From the NCBI GenBank assembly GCA_965243025.1, contig CBDETY010000003.1, positions 6,048,001 through 6,112,000 of the forward strand: a stretch of 64,000 nt of DNA, read 5' to 3'. Positions 28,354 through 38,287 of the stretch are shown here, one piece after another; the first letter of the stretch is position 1, and every line of letters begins with the position of its first letter. Below the pieces are notes generated by a model, which saw nothing but the letters and a program-made list of their open reading frames with translations, had not been told where the DNA came from and made no database searches. Both the position numbers and the translations under genes were made by a program. This DNA is from Candidatus Latescibacterota bacterium (lineage in GTDB: Bacteria > Latescibacterota > UBA2968 > UBA8231).

Positions 28354-31300
28354 ATGATTCCAGCAGGAGTTCGTGTCAGACGCATTGCTGATCCGGGCCG
28401 GATCGGCGTAACAACGGGCAGAAGCCGAGAATTCGCTGGCAAAGAACGGGTTCAGGTGCAGTTTCCGGATCGGGCCGAGTTCATCGCTGTCGACCAAATC
28501 GAGGTTGTCCAAAGCGATGAGGATTATTGGGACCAGATAAAAAAGGGACGCTTTGGTCGTGCGCTGAACTTGCGGCAGACCCTCACCTTCCACCGCCTGA
28601 GTGGTCGGCTTGCCAACGTGATCTACAGTATGCAGACGACAAATACAGATTTTTTTGCCTACCAGTTCAAACCGATTTTCAAACTCCTGCATTCGCCCAC
28701 CAATGGGATACTGATAGCGGATGAGGTGGGTCTGGGAAAAACCATCGAGGCGGGACTGATCTGGACTGAGCTACGCGCCCGGTTCGACGCCCGAAGGCTG
28801 CTGGTGGTCTGTCCGGCTATGCTGCGAGAAAAGTGGCAAGAAGAGTTGCGAGAGCGATTCGGCGTTTCTCCACAACTAACCGAAGTAGATAACCTGCACG
28901 GTGTGTTGCGGGCGTCGGCCACGGGGACCGAACGCGGATTTGCCCTTATTGCCAGCATGCAAGGGATACGTCCGCGGCGGGGATGGGATGAAGTGGAGGA
29001 GCCAGAATCTCTGGGGCCAAGATCGAGGTTTGCGAGGTACTTGCAAGACGCCGCCTATGAAGAGGAGCTCATCGACCTGCTGGTCATTGACGAGGCTCAC
29101 TACCTTCGTAATCCCGAAACGCTGACAGCCAAGATTGGAACATTGCTGCGCAACGTGTCTGCCAATGTCGTCCTTCTTTCCGCAACCCCAATCCACCTTC
29201 ACAATGAAGATTTGTACCAACTGCTCCACCTTGTCGATGAGGACACCTTCGACAGTTCAGCCGACTTCGAGAGAATGGTTCAGGCGAACGAGCCGCTTAT
29301 TCAGGCGCGGGATCTGGTGTTAAGTGGAAGTACAACCCCTGAACGCTTGGTTGAGCTTCTTGTGCAGGCGAGAAGGCACGAACTTCTCGCGGAAAACCGG
29401 CAACTGCAGTCGCTGTTGAAGAACCCACCGGATGAAAGGGTGCTTACCAGCAGCAAGCAACGGCGGGCGATAGCCAACCGACTTGAGGGGGCCAATTTGT
29501 GGAGTCACGTGTACACCAGAACAAGGAAGCGCGACGTTCTAGAGCGACGCGTAGTCCGGGTACCCCGAAAGGAAGCCGTATTGCTCACTTCATTGGAGCG
29601 TGAGTTTTACGACCGGGTCACCGAAGTCGTAACGGACTACGCCAGCAGGGCAGCCATCCCGACCGGGTTCCTCTATGTGACGCCACAACGACAAATGGCC
29701 AGTTCGATGCCGGCCGCCCTCGAGGGATGGCTGTCGCGAAGGAAGCCTTATGAGGAGGAGGTTGCCGAGGATGTGGGTGAGTCGATAGAAACCAACGGCA
29801 GCGGTCTTGGTGACGTTCCCCCTCTCATCAACGAACTGGTGGACCGCTTGGCAGGGGAGTTCCATGTGCAGGAACTGCGAGCGGCCGACACAAAGTACCG
29901 CAGGCTCTCAACGGTTTTACGCAGGTTTCTCACCGACCACGAGGAAGAGAAGGTCGTTGTGTTCGCCTACTTCCGGCCGACTCTCGACTACCTGTACGAG
30001 CGTCTTGCCGAGGATGGGGTCTCCTCGATCGTGCTCAAGGGGGGTGAGGGCCTAGATAAACAAGAGGTGATCCGGACTTTCCGGAAACCGGAAGGTCCCC
30101 GGGTGCTTTTATCGTCGGAGGTCGGCAGTGAGGGGATCGACCTGCAGTTCTGCCATGTTCTTGTGAACTACGACCTCCCCTGGAACCCAATGCGGGTCGA
30201 ACAGCGGATCGGTCGACTAGATCGAATTGGACAGAAGTCAGACCGGATTTCCATCTGGAACCTGTTCGCGGCAGACACCATCGACGAGCGGATCCACGAC
30301 CGCTTGTATATGCGCCTTGATCTGTTCAAAATAGCGCTTGGGGACCTTGAGGCCGTGCTCGGGGAACCGATCCGAGAGCTCACGGTGAATCTGTTGTCCG
30401 GGAGACTGTCGGATGCAGAGCGAAATGAGATGATCGAGCAGACGGCGCAGGCGCTCGTAAACCGAAGGCAGGAAGAAGAGAAGCTTGAGCAGGATGCGGC
30501 GGGCCTGATCGACCACGGGGACTACATCCTCAACGAGGTAGAAGCTGCCCGAGAACTGCAGCGGCGTATTTCTGAGCAGGATCTGGAAGCGTATGTGCGC
30601 GACTTCCTGGACGCGCATTACCCCGGGTGTAGATGGCGGAGCGAGGAGGCGGGCAGGTATGAATTATGGCTTTCGATGGACGCCAGGAATGATCTGGAGG
30701 TCTTCGTCGATAGGGAGAATCTCCGTGGCCTCACGTCGCTGACCCGGACCAATCTGCGAGGAACGAGGTGCAAGTTCGAGAACCGCACAGCGAGTGCTCG
30801 CCCGGGTCAAATCGAGTCGGTGAGCCAGTTTCATCCTCTGGTACGCTGGGTCAGCCATGAGCTGGCGAAGCAGGAATCGCCGCTCCGGGCGGCTGCGGCC
30901 ATTCTCCATCAGTCCGAGCTTTCTGAGGTAGCCGCAGGGGACTATGCCTTCTTCGTGGATCTTTGGGACGTCCAGGGAGTCAGGGACGTCGAGAAGCTGC
31001 ATTTCGAGGTGGAATCACTGGGGGACAGCAGGAACCTGCCGGAGGACCTCGCGGAGCAACTGGTGGTAACGGCTAGTCGGCGAGGACGAGACTGGGTGAC
31101 CGCCGCGGCGGATATGGACTTGGATCTCCTCATCAATGGCATCGAGTCGTGTTTGGCGAAAGCCGAGGAGAAGCATGAGGATTTCGTCAGATCCCTGAGT
31201 GATGAGAACCTGGATAGGGCGGACGTGCAGCTCCAGAACCTGGACCGGCACCACGAGGGGCAGATGCGAAAACTTACCGAAATTCGCGCCGGCCATGAGG

Positions 31301-31464
31301 CTGCCGGGCGTCGATCCTTGGTGCGGGCAACGCAAGGGCGGATTCAAGCCTTAAAATACCGCGTAGAGACCAAACGGAGACGGATCGAAGCCGGAAAAAA
31401 ACAGGTGTCTCATCGTAACGAGATCGCAGTAGGGATTCTGCGAGTCGAGGAGGATGGAGTATGA
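28354..31464 (+). CDS. SNF2/RapA-family helicase
   Basis: LIADEVGLGKT, LVVCP, IDEAH, LSATP, KVVVF, GSEGIDLQF, NYDLPWNPMRVEQRIGRLDRIGQ. Confidence 0.93.
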   Translation: MIPAGVRVRRIADPGRIGVTTGRSREFAGKERVQVQFPDRAEFIAVDQIEVVQSDEDYWDQIKKGRFGRALNLRQTLTFHRLSGRLANVIYSMQTTNTDFFAYQFKPIFKLLHSPTNGILIADEVGLGKTIEAGLIWTELRARFDARRLLVVCPAMLREKWQEELRERFGVSPQLTEVDNLHGVLRASATGTERGFALIASMQGIRPRRGWDEVEEPESLGPRSRFARYLQDAAYEEELIDLLVIDEAHYLRNPETLTAKIGTLLRNVSANVVLLSATPIHLHNEDLYQLLHLVDEDTFDSSADFERMVQANEPLIQARDLVLSGSTTPERLVELLVQARRHELLAENRQLQSLLKNPPDERVLTSSKQRRAIANRLEGANLWSHVYTRTRKRDVLERRVVRVPRKEAVLLTSLEREFYDRVTEVVTDYASRAAIPTGFLYVTPQRQMASSMPAALEGWLSRRKPYEEEVAEDVGESIETNGSGLGDVPPLINELVDRLAGEFHVQELRAADTKYRRLSTVLRRFLTDHEEEKVVVFAYFRPTLDYLYERLAEDGVSSIVLKGGEGLDKQEVIRTFRKPEGPRVLLSSEVGSEGIDLQFCHVLVNYDLPWNPMRVEQRIGRLDRIGQKSDRISIWNLFAADTIDERIHDRLYMRLDLFKIALGDLEAVLGEPIRELTVNLLSGRLSDAERNEMIEQTAQALVNRRQEEEKLEQDAAGLIDHGDYILNEVEAARELQRRISEQDLEAYVRDFLDAHYPGCRWRSEEAGRYELWLSMDARNDLEVFVDRENLRGLTSLTRTNLRGTRCKFENRTASARPGQIESVSQFHPLVRWVSHELAKQESPLRAAAAILHQSELSEVAAGDYAFFVDLWDVQGVRDVEKLHFEVESLGDSRNLPEDLAEQLVVTASRRGRDWVTAAADMDLDLLINGIESCLAKAEEKHEDFVRSLSDENLDRADVQLQNLDRHHEGQMRKLTEIRAGHEAAGRRSLVRATQGRIQALKYRVETKRRRIEAGKKQVSHRNEIAVGILRVEEDGV

Positions 31465-32921
31465 GCAAGGCAGGTCGGTCTGACACGCTTTTTCAACGAA
31501 TCATCGAGAAGTTTAGAGGCACCGGATCCGGCGTTACAACAGACCCTGGCTCAAGAACCAAGGACACACTATCTCCGGACAAGGCACCTGATGATGTCAG
31601 AGCCAAAGCCATGCAACCGAGCGTCAAAGCTGCAGATGATGCTGCCCTATACTCCGAGCTGGTAGTTGGAATCGATTTTGGCAGTTGTTGGACAAAGGTT
31701 ATTGTTCGGGACATAAACCGCCAGAGGACTTGGGCGGTCCCATTCAAAGAAACAGAGTCGACAGGGGCCTATCTGCAGTACACCGCCATCGAGGGGTTGG
31801 CGGAGGGGCAACCCAAGCTGGTCGAGGCACTGGCAACCGGGGGGGATAGCCTCAAAGTCCAGTTACTTGCCTGTGCAAGGGAAGGGACCGTTTCCCCGCC
31901 TACTACCGAAGAGATTGGGAGCGTTGTTTTCCTGGCTTTGATCCTTCGCAAGGTAAAGGAGTATGTCCATAACCTGCCGTTGTATAAGGACGGCAGGGTG
32001 GACTGGCACCTCAACGTGGGGGTGCCTGTGTCGAGCAACAGCGCCGAGGCGGAGCTACGCCTCTTCCGGCGGATCCTCGTCGCAGCGTGGGGAATTGCCT
32101 CGCGCAGTGCCATCCAGGAATCCGACGTTTGCCAGGCTTTGCAAAATACAGACAAGGACGAGAACTGGACGGGAGTCCACCCGGAGAAGATCAACGCGGT
32201 GCCCGAAGTCGCCGCCGAGGTCGCCGGCTATGCGAATCGCGACCGACCGGAGGGACTGCAGTTCCTTATCGACGTGGGAGCAATGACTTTGGATATGGCT
32301 GCGTTTATTGCCCACGAGAGAGAGGACAGGGATCACTACGAGCTGTTATGCACAGATGTCAGGCTTTTTGGCTGTAGTGAGTTTGTCAAGACACAAGCGG
32401 ATGTTTTCTCAGACCTCGTGCACAAACAGGGACTGGCGAACTATGGGATGTCCCGGATGCCCACCCGCTTCGAAGAGTTCTTGCCGACTGATGAAGCCTT
32501 GCAAGAGGCGTTCGAGACTAGCCAGCGGGGATTTTGCAGAAAGGTGGCGGGGGCGGTTGCCAAAGTTATCATCGAGACCAAAATGAATCGATACCCTCTC
32601 GCGAGGGAGTGGGAGCAGGGGCTTCCTACCCTCCTGTGCGGGGGCGGCAGTTCCAGTCAAGTCTACGAAAATGTGCTCAGAATATGCGAAAGCAAGTTCG
32701 ACCAAATGGGGTGGCAATGGCGAGGGTTACCGAAGATTCCCTTGCAAAAGTCAGGTGAACTGGAAGCCCCTTTCCTCGGACCTGATGATTTCCATCGCCT
32801 GGCCGTAGCACACGGGTTGAGCCATCACGTCTGGGATATTGGTGAGGTCCATTTGCCCGGGGAGATTCCAGATGGTGAAGGCCCACCGGTACGCGAGCGT
32901 CCTCCGGAGATCACGGTGTAA
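31461..32921 (+). CDS. Actin/Hsp70-fold ATPase-like protein
   Basis: Phosphate-1 VGIDFGSCWTKV, VPE, phosphate-2 IDVGAMTLD, adenosine LCGGGS; ATGA overlap with the helicase stop. Confidence 0.75.
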   Translation: MSKAGRSDTLFQRIIEKFRGTGSGVTTDPGSRTKDTLSPDKAPDDVRAKAMQPSVKAADDAALYSELVVGIDFGSCWTKVIVRDINRQRTWAVPFKETESTGAYLQYTAIEGLAEGQPKLVEALATGGDSLKVQLLACAREGTVSPPTTEEIGSVVFLALILRKVKEYVHNLPLYKDGRVDWHLNVGVPVSSNSAEAELRLFRRILVAAWGIASRSAIQESDVCQALQNTDKDENWTGVHPEKINAVPEVAAEVAGYANRDRPEGLQFLIDVGAMTLDMAAFIAHEREDRDHYELLCTDVRLFGCSEFVKTQADVFSDLVHKQGLANYGMSRMPTRFEEFLPTDEALQEAFETSQRGFCRKVAGAVAKVIIETKMNRYPLAREWEQGLPTLLCGGGSSSQVYENVLRICESKFDQMGWQWRGLPKIPLQKSGELEAPFLGPDDFHRLAVAHGLSHHVWDIGEVHLPGEIPDGEGPPVRERPPEITV

Positions 32922-32983
32922 CTCCGTTTCCCACGTGGGAAAAATCATTCTGCTGTGAGCCCTGCATCATCCATCGATAGGCC

Positions 32984-33979
32984 GTGCTTCTGGTAATGCC
33001 TGGGAACGGATTTCCAATGAACTCTCCTCCCCCGGGCGCTTCCCGACACGGCGACAGTCGCATTGTTGTCGCCCGCGACAGTTCCGACGCGGTCCGCACG
33101 ATTAACCGACAGATCGGGACCATCGGCGATTTTGCCCGGGCAACTAACCCCGATGCAATGCCGGCGCCCAAGGTAACCGACACGGTATCCGTCTACGACC
33201 TCGACACCCGCTCCCTCCACTTAATCCTCGTGCACCGTCTCGACATCCGGCCACAACCCGCACCGGCCGTCCGCAACATGGTCGTCTTCTCGGAACCGGC
33301 CTACGCCCCTTGTCGAGTTGAGAAGCTCCAACTCGCCACCCCCGCTTACTACCGCGATCACGAAGATCTTGAGCCCGGAATTCGTGACCATCACGACGGC
33401 ACCCTCACCCGGGACGGCACGCGGTGGGCAAGCTCGATCATGGGTGGGACCGTGAGCGCCCGCCTTTCGTTCTCCTCCTCAAGCGAACCCTGGGTCTACT
33501 GCGCCTCCCATTACTGCACCGACAGGGAGCTTCGCCGTCTGCGGAGCAAATTCTGTGGCAAGTACGGCTATTCCGCGGCTACCCTGATAGAGGATGCCGA
33601 TGCCTTCGCCACATGGCTCGGCGTCGACTTCGCTCTGGGCTTCGACAAGACGGCCGATGTCTCCCTCGGTCCGATTGACGAAATCTGTTACGCGCGCAGC
33701 AGCTACACGACGAACCTGTGGGATGGATCCGGTCCCATCGACACCTTCGTTCACGTCTACCACGGTCCGGTCAACTATCAGGACGTGTCCGGCCGCGTCG
33801 ACAGGCAGGAACAGTGGTTTGACCCGAACGCCGGTCCCATGGCATGGTTTACCAAGAAGACCTCGTTCAGGAACCAGAGCGAATACCGCTTCGCGGTCAC
33901 GACGCTTGGCACTCCCGTGCAGCCGAAACACTACGTCGCCGTGTCGCCGGAATTGAGCGCCCTGACTTCCGCCCTGTGA
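32984..33979 (+). CDS. Hypothetical protein with a distant DUF2971-like C-terminal motif; start uncertain
   Basis: LATPAYYR..E.GIRD, WVYCAS, GPVNY, FTKKTSFRNQSEYRF. Confidence 0.55.
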   Translation: MLLVMPGNGFPMNSPPPGASRHGDSRIVVARDSSDAVRTINRQIGTIGDFARATNPDAMPAPKVTDTVSVYDLDTRSLHLILVHRLDIRPQPAPAVRNMVVFSEPAYAPCRVEKLQLATPAYYRDHEDLEPGIRDHHDGTLTRDGTRWASSIMGGTVSARLSFSSSSEPWVYCASHYCTDRELRRLRSKFCGKYGYSAATLIEDADAFATWLGVDFALGFDKTADVSLGPIDEICYARSSYTTNLWDGSGPIDTFVHVYHGPVNYQDVSGRVDRQEQWFDPNAGPMAWFTKKTSFRNQSEYRFAVTTLGTPVQPKHYVAVSPELSALTSAL

Positions 33980-34089
33980 GTTTCCTTGGAAGCAGTGCCC
34001 ATCTGGGGGATAGGAACCGGAGATCCAGACCCTCCCCCCTCGACTGGTCGTGGCTCTCGACCCTCGGTGTCAATTTGGCATTCCCCCGG

Positions 34090-34325
34090 GTCTCCGAATA
34101 GTCTTTGCCGTCATGCCAAGTACCCTGATAGACAAGGAGTTAGAGCCCGACGTTACTATCAAATTCACCGAGATGGGGAGATGGCCCTTTCCAGAATTGC
34201 CTGACCTTCAGCACCTGATCCTATGGACTTGCCAGCCAGCCGACATCCCAGATTTCCCGGCAGAACTGCAGGGAACCGCACTCTATTCATCTTGCTAACT
34301 TTTCATAACATTCGACGTAATTCCC
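34090..34325 (-). repeat. Right arm of ~230-bp imperfect inverted repeat
   Basis: Reverse-complement match to 27850-28081. Confidence 0.85.
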
Positions 34326-34432
34326 ATTAAAAAGCTTCCCGACCGGGGCTCCGGAGTTCCGGCCCGAAGCATCCGGCATCCCGGCGGACCGGGAGCTCGA
34401 ATCGCCGCCTTTACATGTGAGAAAGGAAGAGA

Positions 34433-35278
34433 ATGGACAGCCAGCTGTTGCCGACGACGAATGGGGACGGTCTGCCGGTCGTTCCCATGACCGAGGGGCA
34501 GAGATACACCTTCGACGTCAAGGGTTGGATCTGCCTGCCGGGGCTTTTGAGCGATGACGAGTTGGGAGCGGTCCTCGAACATCAGCACAAGCTGATGGAG
34601 GAACCGGAGTCCCTGCCGCCGGAAGAGCGGAACTCGGTGGGCGGCCCCTCGCAGGTCATGCTCGACCACCCCGTGCTCGCCGGCGTTCTCAACGAGATCG
34701 TGTCCCACCAGGGGCTGGCCAGCGAGGACTGCTACGGTTTCCGCTTCGAGCGCACCCGCACCGAACGGAGGCCCTTCGGCAACGACAATTTCAACGCCCA
34801 CGGGGGGAGCGGATACTTCAACCTCTGCGGAGATTCCCACCTCTACCAGATGGTGCCCGGGAAGATCCACGCCGGCCTCACGCGCGTGGTGTGGGAGTTG
34901 AACGAGGTGGCCTGTGGAGGCGGGGGCACTCTGTTCATCCCGGGAAGCCACAAGGCGGCGTTCGAGCTGCCGGACGAGGTCAGCGGCCGGGACAGCCCCC
35001 TGTGGGAGACCTACGCCTGCCCCCCGGGATCTGTCGTCGTCTTCACCGAGGGCATCTGCCATTCCGGGTCGACCTGGACCAACAGGGAATGGGACCGCCT
35101 CTGCCTGTTCAGCCTCTACAACACGGTGAACTGCCGTTGGGGAAGGAGCAGCGTGCCGCCAGAAGTCGTGGCCGCGATGCCGCCGAAGCGCCGCACCCTG
35201 TTCCGCGACGTGTGGGTCGCCCGCGGAAAACCGATCGACGACAACCTGTATTTCGACGAGAAGAACTTCGCCGCCTGA
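34433..35278 (+). CDS. PhyH-family Fe/2OG enzyme, HGG variant
   Basis: FDVKGW, NAHGGSG, GGTLFIPGSHKAAF, PGSVVVFTEGICHSG. Confidence 0.85.
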   Translation: MDSQLLPTTNGDGLPVVPMTEGQRYTFDVKGWICLPGLLSDDELGAVLEHQHKLMEEPESLPPEERNSVGGPSQVMLDHPVLAGVLNEIVSHQGLASEDCYGFRFERTRTERRPFGNDNFNAHGGSGYFNLCGDSHLYQMVPGKIHAGLTRVVWELNEVACGGGGTLFIPGSHKAAFELPDEVSGRDSPLWETYACPPGSVVVFTEGICHSGSTWTNREWDRLCLFSLYNTVNCRWGRSSVPPEVVAAMPPKRRTLFRDVWVARGKPIDDNLYFDEKNFAA

Positions 35279-35459
35279 GACCGGGTTGTCCGGGGCGGCC
35301 GCTCCGGGAGCCGGCGGCGCAGCCTGATCCCGGCGTCCTGTGGAGACCCATTATGGAAGAGCCGTTGGTGCGCATCGTGTCGCGGCTGGGCCCTGATCCG
35401 GAAGCCGAAAAAATCGGCGGCCTTCGCGGCACCCGGGGCGCAAGTGCCCCTGAGCCTGC

Positions 35460-36575
35460 CTACCAGTCCTGCACCGAGCCGTCACCCCGGCGCAGGTGAG
35501 GCGGCTCCTTCCCTGAGTGGGGATAGGCCGCGGCAGCTTCCTCGTTCAGGTCGATCCCCAGGCCCGGGGCGTCCGAGCGCAGCAGGTACCCGTCCTCGGT
35601 CCGGAGGTCGTGCTCGATCACCTCGTTCATCCAGGGGGCGGGGGGCGAGTACTCCTGCACCGCGCAGTTGGGGACGGCGAGGTTCAGGTGCAGCATCGCC
35701 GCGGTGCTCACCGGGCTTGCTGTGTAGTGGCAGGCGAGCTCCTGGTAGTGCACCTCCCCCATCGCCGCGATCTTCCTCCCTTCGGTGATGCCGCCGGAGT
35801 GGCAGATGTCCACCCTCAGGTAGTCGACCAGCTCTTCCTCGATCAGCTCCCGGAACGCCCATTTCGTCGGCAGCTGCTCGCCGGTGCCGAGGGGGACGCT
35901 GGTCTGTTCCCGCAGCGTCCTGAAGGAGGCGGGATTCTCCGAGCGGATCGGGTCCTCGACGTAGAACGGGTGGAAGGCCTCGATGCCGTTGCACAGCTCG
36001 ATGGCGCGCGGCGGCGTCAGGCGGGTGTGCACTTCGAGGATGATCTCCAGCTCGTCGCCGATGGCGGCCCGCAGGGCCTCGAAATGTTCGATGCCGCGCC
36101 GCACCGCGGCCTTGGGATCGAAGGGGCCGTCGCAGCGGATCGGGGAGATCCGCAGGACGCGCCAGCCCTCGTCGATCAGCCTGCGGGCGTGCCGTACCAG
36201 TTCTTCGGGGGAACCGCCGCCGGAGTGCCGGTAGAGGAGGACCTTGTCGCGCGACGCTCCCCCCAGCAGCCGGCAGGTCGGGACGCCCAGCGCCTTGCCG
36301 GCGAGGTCCCAGAGCGCTATGTCGACCCCGGCGAGGGCCGATTGCAGCACCGGCCCCCCGCGCCAGAAGGTGCCCCGGAAGATGTCCTGCCAGATATGCT
36401 CGATCCGCGTGGCGTCCTGCCCCACCAGCAGGGGCTTCAGGTGTTCGAGGGCGCCGACCACCGCCAGCGACCTCCCGCTCAGCGAGGCTTCCCCGATGCC
36501 GTGCAACCCGTCGGCGGCGATCTTGACGTACACGAATTCCCCCACTGCGAAGACTTTCACATCGGTGATTTTCAC
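35460..36575 (-). CDS. Enolase-superfamily dehydratase (galactonate dehydratase DgoD-like)
   Basis: GIGEASL, FWRGGPVLQSALAGVDIALWDLAGK, EVHTRL, VEDP, TGEQL, GGITEGRKIA, DGSVQDW. Confidence 0.9.
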   Translation of the reverse strand: MKITDVKVFAVGEFVYVKIAADGLHGIGEASLSGRSLAVVGALEHLKPLLVGQDATRIEHIWQDIFRGTFWRGGPVLQSALAGVDIALWDLAGKALGVPTCRLLGGASRDKVLLYRHSGGGSPEELVRHARRLIDEGWRVLRISPIRCDGPFDPKAAVRRGIEHFEALRAAIGDELEIILEVHTRLTPPRAIELCNGIEAFHPFYVEDPIRSENPASFRTLREQTSVPLGTGEQLPTKWAFRELIEEELVDYLRVDICHSGGITEGRKIAAMGEVHYQELACHYTASPVSTAAMLHLNLAVPNCAVQEYSPPAPWMNEVIEHDLRTEDGYLLRSDAPGLGIDLNEEAAAAYPHSGKEPPHLRRGDGSVQDW

Positions 36576-36626
36576 GGGTTTCTCCTTCGGTCAGCCCCTG
36601 CGCGCGTGAGTCGAGGTACGATCGAG

Positions 36627-36670
36627 GGCGGTGAATTCACGCCGAATCGCGCGCGCTGGCACTGGGTGAA
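36627..36670. repeat. Dispersed ~45-bp intergenic hairpin motif, copy 2
   Basis: GAATTCACGCCGAATCGCGCGCGCTGGCACTGGGTGAA; similar to 15285-15329. Confidence 0.55.
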
Positions 36671-36838
36671 ATCGACTGAACAATCGGTCCTCCAATGGCG
36701 AAATGCGGCTTTCGCAAGGAACCGAATCGTCACGGGTCCGGGAAGGCCGGACAGGGTCTGTCCTTCGTACACGTAGCGGGTCGGGCAGGTGCTCATGTGG
36801 TTCGCCAGGCATGAGGATCCGCACTCCTGGAGCCCGGA

Positions 36839-38287
36839 TCATTCCCGGAACTGAAACGCGAACAGCTTCATCGAGCGCATGACGAAGCGCAGCCGTACCG
36901 GTTGGTTCCGCAACCTCGGGAGCTCGGACGAGCCGTTCCAGGTGATCGCCTTCGCCACCGAGTTGCCGCGGATCGTGTCGCAGCGGTCGAGGCGGTGAGA
37001 CGGGAGCGGCCGTCCGTCGACTGACTGCAGCTCGACCTGCAGCCACCCGCCGGCGCTGCCCTCCATGTTGACTTCCAGGCGCGCCCCGGAAAAGGTCACG
37101 GCAGGAGTGGTGAACTCCCCGCCGCCGTACCCGCCGCGGACCGACACGAACCCGTCCCGCCGTATCCGCGCCCGGAAGACACCCGACAGGGAGGGGTCGC
37201 GGAGCTCTTCCCGGTGATCGCGGCCGGCCCCTCCGTAGTAGATCCACAGCTCGTCCCCGACCGGTATGGGCCAGGGGTTGGCGAAGATCATGCCCGAGCT
37301 GGCCGACCCGTCCGCTCCCAGGCGGAGGAACGGTTCCCGGTCGGGATGCTGCCACCAGGTGATCCCGTCCCGGCTGGTGGCCAGGCGCACGTCGATCGTC
37401 GATGGGAAGGCGTCCTCCTGCCAGTGGTGGTAGGCGGTGGGCAGCAGGATGTAAGCGTCGGGAACGCCGGGCACCTTCATGCCCCCGGGGGTGTAGAAAT
37501 CGACGGTCGGGCGCCAGTCCGGCTCCCCGTTCGGCACCGGGGAGTTCTCGTCGCATTCGTCCGCCTTGAATACCTCCCTGGCCATTGTCCAGGTGCGGAA
37601 ATCGTCCGAGAACATGACGCCGGCCGAGCAGGTCCGCTGTCTGCCTTGCGGCCGTTTCTTGATGCGCACGAAGGCGACGTACCTCCCCAGGTCTTCGTCC
37701 CGGAAACAGAAGCTCTGGGTGTCGGCGGCGTTCCCCCTCCACAGCGGATACCCTTCGTCCGCCCGCTTCCACCGGAATCCGTCAGGGGAGACCATGGCCC
37801 ACAGGCCGGTGCGGATGCCCTGCTTCCGGTCTTCCTCGCTGGCGTAGTACTTGGTCCACAGCTTGTAGCGTTCGGCGGCCGGGGCCTGGTCGTCCCGGAA
37901 GACGCTGGCCCCGGCCATCCGCGAGGGGGCGACGATGTTGTTGTTCATGGATCCGCCGAACGGGATCAGGCCGGTCTCCCGCTTGTCCCAGTGGACTCCG
38001 TCCTCCGACTCGGCATGGCACAGGGCGCGGTGGCTCGTTCCGTCCGGTGCGACAGCCATGGCGTCGTACCACATGCGGAAGCCGCCGTTTTCCAGCATCA
38101 CGGTGTTGAAGCAACCGATGCCCCTGTCTTCCCAGGGTTTGTCGGCGGCGAGGACCGGTGCGGGGTCCTGAACGGGCGTCTCCACGGTCAGGGCGACCCC
38201 TTTGGATTCCGCCAGGAACAGCGGGTCGAACAGCAACTGCCGGTGCGATCCCAGCTCCATCGGGTTTCCTTCCTGAGGTCCGGTCAT
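36839..38287 (-). CDS. GH32/GH43-like beta-propeller putative glycoside hydrolase
   Basis: RQLLFD, SEDGVHW, ERYK, SPDGFRW, SRDGITW, RRDGFVS, LRFVMRSMKLFAFQF. Confidence 0.75.
   Translation of the reverse strand: MTGPQEGNPMELGSHRQLLFDPLFLAESKGVALTVETPVQDPAPVLAADKPWEDRGIGCFNTVMLENGGFRMWYDAMAVAPDGTSHRALCHAESEDGVHWDKRETGLIPFGGSMNNNIVAPSRMAGASVFRDDQAPAAERYKLWTKYYASEEDRKQGIRTGLWAMVSPDGFRWKRADEGYPLWRGNAADTQSFCFRDEDLGRYVAFVRIKKRPQGRQRTCSAGVMFSDDFRTWTMAREVFKADECDENSPVPNGEPDWRPTVDFYTPGGMKVPGVPDAYILLPTAYHHWQEDAFPSTIDVRLATSRDGITWWQHPDREPFLRLGADGSASSGMIFANPWPIPVGDELWIYYGGAGRDHREELRDPSLSGVFRARIRRDGFVSVRGGYGGGEFTTPAVTFSGARLEVNMEGSAGGWLQVELQSVDGRPLPSHRLDRCDTIRGNSVAKAITWNGSSELPRLRNQPVRLRFVMRSMKLFAFQFRE

Larger units (their letters stand above)
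27850..34325. mobile_element. Transposase-less cargo element bounded by long imperfect inverted repeats
   Basis: Termini GGGAATTAC(A/G)TCGAATGTTATGAAAA on opposite strands; flanks CATAAAAA / ATTAAAAA resemble an AT-rich 8-bp target duplication; cargo visibly less GC-rich than the flanks. Confidence 0.8.

Noticed and set aside
28354-31464. Calling the helicase a complete DISARM or Zorya system, or housekeeping rapA
   Set aside because: No methylase, DrmAB, ZorAB or EH-signature genes in the window, and the mobile context argues against housekeeping rapA.
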